64,000 nucleotides of DNA, taken from Hemiscyllium ocellatum. Taxonomy: Eukaryota. This document shows positions 57,090 through 64,000 of the stretch, in pieces; within the stretch, counting starts at the first letter, position 1; each line of letters begins with the position of its first letter. Below the pieces are notes generated by a model. It made no database searches, was not told the origin of the DNA, and saw nothing but the letters and a program-made list of their open reading frames with translations. The translations under genes and the position numbers were made by a program. The stretch spans positions 8,928,001 through 8,992,000 of the forward strand of contig NC_083445.1 of NCBI RefSeq assembly GCF_020745735.1. The letters run 5' to 3'.

Positions 57090-57206
57090 GTTGCTACGGA
57101 CGCTTCTCAACCCGGTGAACCATCTTGGCGGTCGTTTATATATATTTTTAAAAAATCATACTTCTCATTGCATTTAATCATAGGCGAGTCGGCCTTCCGA
57201 GTAAGT
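57090..57206 (+). promoter_or_regulatory. Putative promoter and non-coding first exon of the plus-strand gene, with an X-box-like motif
   Basis: GTTGCTACGGACGC 57090-57103; CpG-containing, ATG-free stretch ending at donor CGA|GTAAGT (57200/57201). Confidence 0.45.
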
Positions 57207-57395
57207 ACAATGTGCAGTGTAATCCACGTAGTGACAATGAAATTCTGTTTAAACAGCACAATCTCATTTCTTCCCAGATTAGTTTCCAATCAGTTCCCGG
57301 AAAACCCCATGCAAAAGGCAACTATTCAGAATTCCAGGTTAAAACGGATATCAGCACACAGTCTTTTTACAGTTACTCCAAATCCCACAGAGGTA

Positions 57396-57700
57396 AGATT
57401 AGATTCGATTACCTACAATGGAAACAGACTCTTGGCCCAACAAGTCCACACCAAGCCTCCAAAGGAGTAACCCACCCAAACCTATTTCTCTCTGACTAAT
57501 GCACCTAACACTATGGGCAATTTAGCGTGGTTAAATCACCTGCCTGCACATCTTTGGACTGTGGGAGGAAACCGGAGCACCCACGCAGACATGGGGAGAA
57601 TGTGCAAACTCCATACAGATACTTGCCTGAGGCTGGAATCGAACCTGGGTCCCTGGCCCTGTGAGGCAGCAGTACTAACCACTTGAGCCACCATGTAGCC
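57396..57700 (-). mobile_element. V-SINE (HE1-like)
   Basis: Same head, V core and tail. Confidence 0.88.
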
Positions 57701-58929
57701 AAATAAGTTCAAATTCGTCCAAATGGGTTGGTCCCATTCAGAGCACTATAAATCAGAGCCTCATTTCTGTCCGTAAACTTACAGTATAAACAGTGTCAGG
57801 GGTGCTGAGATTTATTCATTTTTTTTCACAGGATGACCCATCAGTAATTGCCCTTGAGAAGGTGTTGAGGGCCATTAAATAGGCTGCTGGGCTATTTCAG
57901 AGTCAACCACTTTGTGATGGGTCTGGAGTCATCTATGGGCAAGGGGGGGGGGAGCAGATTTCCTTAAAGAAAATCAATGACCCAGATCAGAAGTCTCATG
58001 ATTGCTGCAGTTTGCAAGGTATTCCCAGTTAACATCCAATGACCCCTGTATGTGTGACCCCATCTTGTAAGGATAGGGCTGGATCAAAGAGCAGTATTGG
58101 GCATGCCATAGAATTATTAAGCTGCTTTTGCATTCCAACTATAGCATGCACCTGTTAAACTGACAGAACATTAGCACAACAGCATTGACTAGCTTCTGCT
58201 GACCTAATAATATTAATATTCAGCCCAAAAAAAACACCTCCACAAACCACTGAAACTCTCCCTTTGCATGTTCACACTGAAAAGTAATTCTCACTGCGTT
58301 GGCGGGACCTGTTTCTGCAAACTCCAGTGTGGTCGATGACTGATTTATCTGATATTTCATGATGTTTTTCTGCTCAAAGTGTCAAATGTGGTCTGGAGTG
58401 TAAGACAGGAAAATGGTGAAGAAGTTTCATCACTAATTGTGGGAGCTTGCTGTACACATTGTTTCTTCAGTTACAGCCATGATTACACTGGACAAAAACT
58501 CTGATGGCTGAATGAGACTCATTGAGACATTCTGGAATTGTGCAAGGTGCATATTGGATATATAATATTGCAAGAAGAGTCATAGATCAGGGCACTTTAG
58601 TTTATTGTGGCTGTGACAGTCAGCAGCTAATTATTCTCTTGTATGCAATGGCAATTCAAGTTCTCATCTAAACAGTTCTCAAATGTTTTGAGGGTTGCTA
58701 CTTCTACCAGGCTTTTATGCACTGAGTTCCAAATACCCACCACCCATTGGGTATAAATGAAATCCTAAAATTGCCTTTAAACCTCATGGTCCTTACCTAC
58801 AAGCTGTGCCCCTAGTTATTTACCCATCTTCGAAGCGGAATTGTTTATCTCCATCTATGCCTCTCATACTTTTGTGCACTTTTCCAGTTGTGAACACAGT
58901 CTGTCTTACCTTTGACAGTGAAACTCACT

Positions 58930-58954
58930 ATGACTGAGATCTTAAAAGCTACAG
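58930..58954 (+). CDS. Uncharacterised plus-strand gene, first coding exon (exon 58919-58954)
   Basis: Acceptor tcttacctttgacag; actATGa start context; MTEILKAT; phase-1 donor CAG|GTAACC. Confidence 0.55.
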
Positions 58955-59065
58955 GTAACCAATCCAACACAGACTTGGAAAGTGGTTCTAGGCTTATGTA
59001 CAGCCCAATGGGAGAGGCTGCGTACCGATAAGGAGAGACTTTGGCATTGGGCTATCTTTTAGGAA

Positions 59066-59191
59066 TAAAAAGTGAGGTCTGCAGATGCTGGAGATCAGAG
59101 CTGAAAATGTGTTGCTGGTTAAAGCACAGCAGGTTAGGCAGCATCCTAGGAACTGGAAATTCGACGTTTCGGGCCAGAGCCCTTCATCAGG
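59066..59191 (-). mobile_element. Solo PLE terminal repeat (family A); hammerhead core intact at 59159-59191 but 5' strand of stem I truncated
   Basis: Nearly identical to 40324-40448; CUGAUGA-A-GGGC(UCUG)GCCC-GAAAC-GUC. Confidence 0.8.
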
Positions 59192-59269
59192 TAGCAGGGT
59201 ATTGTACAAAAATAGATAGTATATTAAACCCCCTTCACCCACACACTAGAATCATCACAGCAATTTGTT

Positions 59270-59560
59270 GGATACACAGCTGTGTGTCAGAGATCTATGG
59301 ACAGCACTGGACACTTCCTCTACCAGGATACCCGCAAGAGAGATATAAAGATTGTGGGTGACAGCTGGAGGGCAGTCACTGAGAGCAGCGATCTCTGGAG
59401 GTTGACTGTTTGGAAGGTAGTGAGCAGAAACAGAAATCGCAGCTGGCTGAGAAGAGAGTCCAATGAAAACAGAGTCCAGAGAATCATGCACCTTCTCAGC
59501 CCATTATCTTCCTCTGCTGATTGGGGCTCCTGAGTCACACCAGCCAATGCCTAACATGGG
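59270..59560 (+). mobile_element. RTE-like LINE C-terminal remnant
   Basis: STGHFLYQDTRKRDIKIVGDSWRAVTESSDLWR resembles the RTE C-terminal GRP..R.KD..KRD.K....W......R..WR motif. Confidence 0.55.
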
Positions 59561-59669
59561 GGTGACTAACTGTATTATGAGATTGAAGACAACAGGAATG
59601 TACAGCCCAGTATTTTTCTGCAGGAATGGAAAATTGTGCTTTCAAAACAAAACTGACCCACTTCTCAGA

Positions 59670-60737
59670 TAGTTGATTTGTTGCAACAGTAATAGAAATC
59701 TGGGTACAAAATTGGCTAAATAGGAAGCAGACAGTAATGCTCAATGGATATTTTTAAGGCTAGAGGAAAGTTTGCACTGGAGTTCCCCACAGGTCCGTTG
59801 CTCTACCCGATATGTATTAATGATTAAGATCCTGGTGTGCAGGGGATGGTTTCAAAGTTTGCAGATGTCTCTAAATTTGGACAATTGTCAGCTGTGAGGA
59901 AGACAGTATGGAACTTAAAAAGACATTTGACAGTTTGGTAGAGTGGGAAGGTGGGTGGCTGATGAGGTTCCATGCAGAGAAATATGAGGTGATGCACTTC
60001 GGTTGGAAGAAGATTGAAAAACAACTTAAAATGGATGGTTAAAAAACTAAAGTGGTGTGGAAGCAGAAGAAGCTGGGTGTATATATGCACAGATCATTAA
60101 AGGTGGCAGGACAGGTGAAGAGACCAGTTAAGAAGATATACACTGTTCTCAAATTTTTAAATAGGGTATAGAGTACAGGAGCAAGGAGATGATATTGAAC
60201 TTGTAAAAAGGCACTTATTAGACTTCAGTTGGTGTACTGTGTCCACTTATGGGCACCACATTATAGGAAAGCTATGAATGCATTGAAGACAGTGCAGAAG
60301 TGATTTACAAGAATGGTTCCAGGAATGAGAGACTTCAGTTGTGAAGATAAATTGAAGAAGTTGGGACTGTTCTCCTTGGAGAGAAGCAGGCTGCGAGGAG
60401 GTCTGACAGAGGTTTTCAAAATCATGAGCAGGATGGATAGAGTAGATAGGAAGAACCTGTTCCTGTTTGTAAGATAGAAGAGAGAGGGCATAGATTTAAA
60501 GTGATGTGCAAATGAAGCAAGGGTGATGTCAGGAAAAACATTTTATGAATGAATGTTAGGGTATGAAATGCACTGCCTGGCAATGTAGTGGAGGAAGGTT
60601 CAATTGTGGCATTCACAAGGGTATTGGATGACTATTTGGAGAGTAACTGTGTGCAGAGATTGGCACTGAGTAAGAGAACCAGTGTAGGTACGATGGGTCA
60701 AATGGCCTCTTTCTGTCCCATAATAATTCTATGATTA
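59670..60737 (+). mobile_element. Older CR1 LINE fragment
   Basis: Degenerate RT C-terminal sequence (aagtttgcagatg, gaggtgatgcacttc) and gggtcaaatggcct...ttctatgat tail. Confidence 0.8.
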
Positions 60738-61381
60738 CTTCTAAGTCAAACTACGACTTGTAGAGCAGAATATTCCTATGTTTGTGGATTCATTTGACGT
60801 TCCAATCTCAATTTCACAATAAAATTCCTTAACATTGCAGTGCTATAATTATGAAGACACTGGGAACATTTGTGACACAGCACCACCTAGAGTCTCTGTT
60901 CTTAACTTCACCTGCATTCATTTATTTTGCAGTCTAAATACAGTGCAGATTTATTAAGTTCTGAGGCAGAGTCACCGGACCCGAGACTTTAACTTTGATT
61001 CCTCTGCAGAGGTGCTGCCAGACCTGCTGAGCTTTTCCAGCATCTTCGGTTTTTGTTACCGATTTATTAGTGCTGAGTGCGTGATGAATGCAGGAAATGC
61101 TGAACAGGTCAGGCCGGTATCTGTATATAGAGAGAAACAGAATTAATTGTTGCAGGTCTGTGACTTTTCGCCTGAGCTATTGGTTACTACTTTGAAACTG
61201 ACAGTTACTTCCGGACTCATGCAGAAAAGTTTCAAAATCAGAAGTGACTATCAATGTGTCTAGGCTTTTCATAGGTTACAAAGTAGAGGTTTAAATGGTT
61301 GCTATCTCCCCTGCAATCAATGAAAGAAAGTATCCCTCTCCATAATGAGGTCTTGCTGTGAAATAAACCTTTTAAAACTTG

Positions 61382-61594
61382 AAAATCACACAACACCAGG
61401 TTAGAGTCCAATATGTTTAATTGGAAGCACTAGCTTTGGGAGCACCGCTCCTTCATCAACTCCACAACCACCTGATGAAGGAGCGGCGCTCCCAAAGCTA
61501 GTGCTTCCAATTAAATTTATTGGATTATAACCTGGTGTTGTGTGATTTTTAACTTTGTACAGCCCAGTCCAACACCGGCATCTCCAAATCATCT
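61382..61594. mobile_element. Palindromic PLE terminal-repeat element (family C) with hammerhead-like motif
   Basis: Inverted arms 61382-61458 and 61473-61549; CAC-CUGAUGA-A-GGAGC(GGC)GCUCC-CAAAG-CUA-GUG; a 3' tail fragment of the same family lies at 266-340. Confidence 0.8.
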
Positions 61595-62324
61595 TTGAAA
61601 AGTTGGTTCTGTTTCTTGCTTGCAGATGCCGTCTGACTTGCTGAGAATTTCAAGCATTTTCTGATTTAACCTGAAAAAAAATGGCTACACTTTGTTGAAC
61701 AAGGTGTAACTGGGTTTATGACAGTGCTCAAAGTTCCAGAATTACTGCCGAACCTCCTCACTGGTCTGAAAAGCTACTCCTATATTTGTCGATTGTTAAG
61801 CGTCTTTGTAACAATAAAGGCAAATGTGCACTTTTTAAAACGTACAGGTCTGCCACTCACAATTGTCTATATGATTTCCTGAAAATTTAAATTACAAGCA
61901 AAGCAAAATTTAAACTTAAAGTGAAGGATACTAAGTGCCATTAAGTCATAGTTTGCTGTAAATGTTTGGCCCTTTACCCACTTGCTGTTATTGCTGTCGC
62001 AGCAAGCCGCACCCTTGACTTTGTACCAGGTTTAAATTGTCATCGGGAAGAGAAGTTCAGAGATCATCAGGTCATTGTGGGTGGCTTTCTTTGAGATACT
62101 TGCAAGCACCTTTGACAAGACTGCCATATCCAGGACATTATAGTGGGAACACAATGTAGGTTAAAGGGGCTTATTATTGCTATTCAAAGATCCTCAATCT
62201 ATTTTCTACAATCCACGGGGAATGCCTTTTCAGCCTGAGAAAGTGTATTTTAACACACTGAAAGACTTAATGGAGCTTGTCTGCATTAATTTTGACTGCA
62301 TTTTTGTCTCCTCCTCCCCTGAAG

Positions 62325-62356
62325 GTGATGGAAGAAATCAAGATGATAAGCAGAGG
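62325..62356 (+). CDS. Uncharacterised plus-strand gene, second coding exon
   Basis: Strong polypyrimidine tract + gaag; (G)DGRNQDDKQR; phase 1 in and phase 0 out, matching both neighbouring exons; donor GTAGGG. Confidence 0.6.
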
Positions 62357-63310
62357 GTAGGGGAGTCCTGCACGAAGGGGTACAATCTCAAGATCAGAGC
62401 CACATCAATGACATGCATTACAATTTTGTTAAGGCACCTGTAATACATCACCCCAGTCTTGTAGTAATGTTGGACTCTCCCACAAGTGGAAACATCAATA
62501 AATTAGTTACCCAAGATTTTTGGACTTACTGAATGGAATGACTGGCAATGGGGGAGTGAAGTTTATGGGTTGAAAGGAGTGGTGAGGAGGAGTGGAGAAC
62601 AGAAATGAGTTTAAAACAATGTAAATAGGTGTTTAGGAAACTTGTTATCAGCAAATAAATAATCAAATCTCCAACCCATTGGAGAAGTGCACTTCAGTGA
62701 TGAAATGCAATACCAAATTCCTGAGAGCTAAATGCCGTTGAAACAGGGAGTAGCATGGCATGAGGGCCACAGACTAGACAGAGAGCTCCAATGAGAACCT
62801 TTGAACATATCTAGTTCACAAACGAATACCAGACTTTTGTTCTATTGAAGACAGAGAAGCCGAGAGAGTGAATCAACACCAGACAGGTCCAAGTCCTGGG
62901 TTGCCAGAGTTAAGAGTTATTGGGAGGACACCAAAACAGCTGTTTGAAATGATGAACACTTCAAAATAAGCTGACAATAAATGTGCTTGACCATCTTCCC
63001 CGACTGGTGAAATGAACGATTTTTGGTGTAAGGTATATTAGACAGCACTTGGTGCATCTCCGACAGATCCTGGCAAAGTATATTTTCACGAGATTCTTTT
63101 GTTCATTTAAAGAAGCCTTTCTGTTTTTAACCAGTCCTCTGTATAATTCTGCAATTGTAAATTGAAAGATGGCCTGTACTTGTAATATGGAGACTCTATA
63201 ATGATTGTAGGATGGTATCCCAGCAAAAATATGTTTTTATTTTATGCGGGCAAGCATAATTGATAAAAGAGGTGCTCAAAATATTTTCTTTTTTAAATGT
63301 TTCATCATAG

Positions 63311-63522
63311 GAAATGTCAGAACAAATGCTCATGAGGCCCAAAGCCCCTCAGTCCAGTGACTTGAATTTAGCTCGAAGACTAAACAAGCTTTGGAAATAC
63401 ATTGATGCAACGGGCCTTCAGAAAAGCATGGAGGACCTGTGTGCCCAGCTGCTGAACAGGACAGAGCTGCCATGCAACCCATACCTGGGGTTTGTCCATC
63501 GACTGCACCAGCAGGCAGAACG
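63311..63522 (+). CDS. Uncharacterised plus-strand gene, exon with RIIa/Dpy-30-like dimerisation/docking motif; gene continues beyond the window
   Basis: Acceptor tttcatcatag, donor CG|GTAAGT; EMSEQMLMRPKAPQSSDLNLARRLNKLWKYIDATGLQKSMEDLCAQLLNRTELPCNPYLGFVHRLHQQAE. Confidence 0.8.
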
Positions 63523-64000
63523 GTAAGTGGCAACAACAATTTGCATTTATACATCAGCTGTGATGCAGGGCATTCACAGGGGCAGTTTAGGAAACAAAAT
63601 TTGACACCAAACCACAAAAGGAGGCATTCAGATTGACCGCCAAATGCTTGATAAAAGAGACCAGTTTTAAATGGTGATGGAAAGGAGAAGAGAGAGGAAG
63701 GAGGAAGGGCTTAGAGGCAGACTTCCAAGGCTGGGGTCTGGTCAGCTAAAGACACAGCCACCAATTTTGAAGTGATAAAATTGAGCATGTGTCAAAAACC
63801 CAAACTGGAGGAGTTCAGAGATTTCTGAGGTTTAACGGGCGAGAGCAATAGAGAGAGGTATAGCCATGAAGTGATTTCAAAATAAGGAGGAAGATCTTCA
63901 AATTGAGGTATAGCTGGATTTTCATTGCAGTGAACAGGCTTATTGACTATAAAGTAAAGTCACCACAGTCCCAGAGGGCTGCTCTTTCATTGGAGAGAGA

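Noticed and set aside
59282-59533. 83-aa ORF as an exon of the plus-strand gene
   Set aside because: Better explained as an RTE-like LINE C-terminal remnant; the neighbouring exons join in phase without it.

Overview
Eukaryotic genomic DNA, almost certainly from a shark. The evidence is HE1/V-type SINEs, Deu-domain SINEs, CR1/HER1-like LINEs and abundant Penelope-like elements (PLEs). I reconstructed by hand a complete 19-exon KRI1 gene (minus strand, CDS 38914->6922, 764 aa, all intron phases compatible) and a complete 2-exon CDKN2D/p19INK4d gene (minus strand, 51002->47791, 170 aa). The KRI1-CDKN2D order and orientation match human 19p13.2. Diverging from CDKN2D is the 5' part of a plus-strand gene I cannot name. 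It has three phase-compatible coding exons encoding an RIIa/Dpy-30-like dimerisation/docking motif and an RFX X-box-like site at its putative promoter. The most striking non-coding signal is a dense set of minimal hammerhead ribozyme motifs from four distinct PLE terminal-repeat families. Several have intact cores, and many of the terminal-repeat fragments are tiny or palindromic solo insertions with 7-15 bp target-site duplications. Also present are clusters of a short tRNA-like unit upstream of both the KRI1 and CDKN2D promoters and a 5S rRNA pseudogene. Repeat boundaries are approximate and family names come from motif recognition, not database searches.
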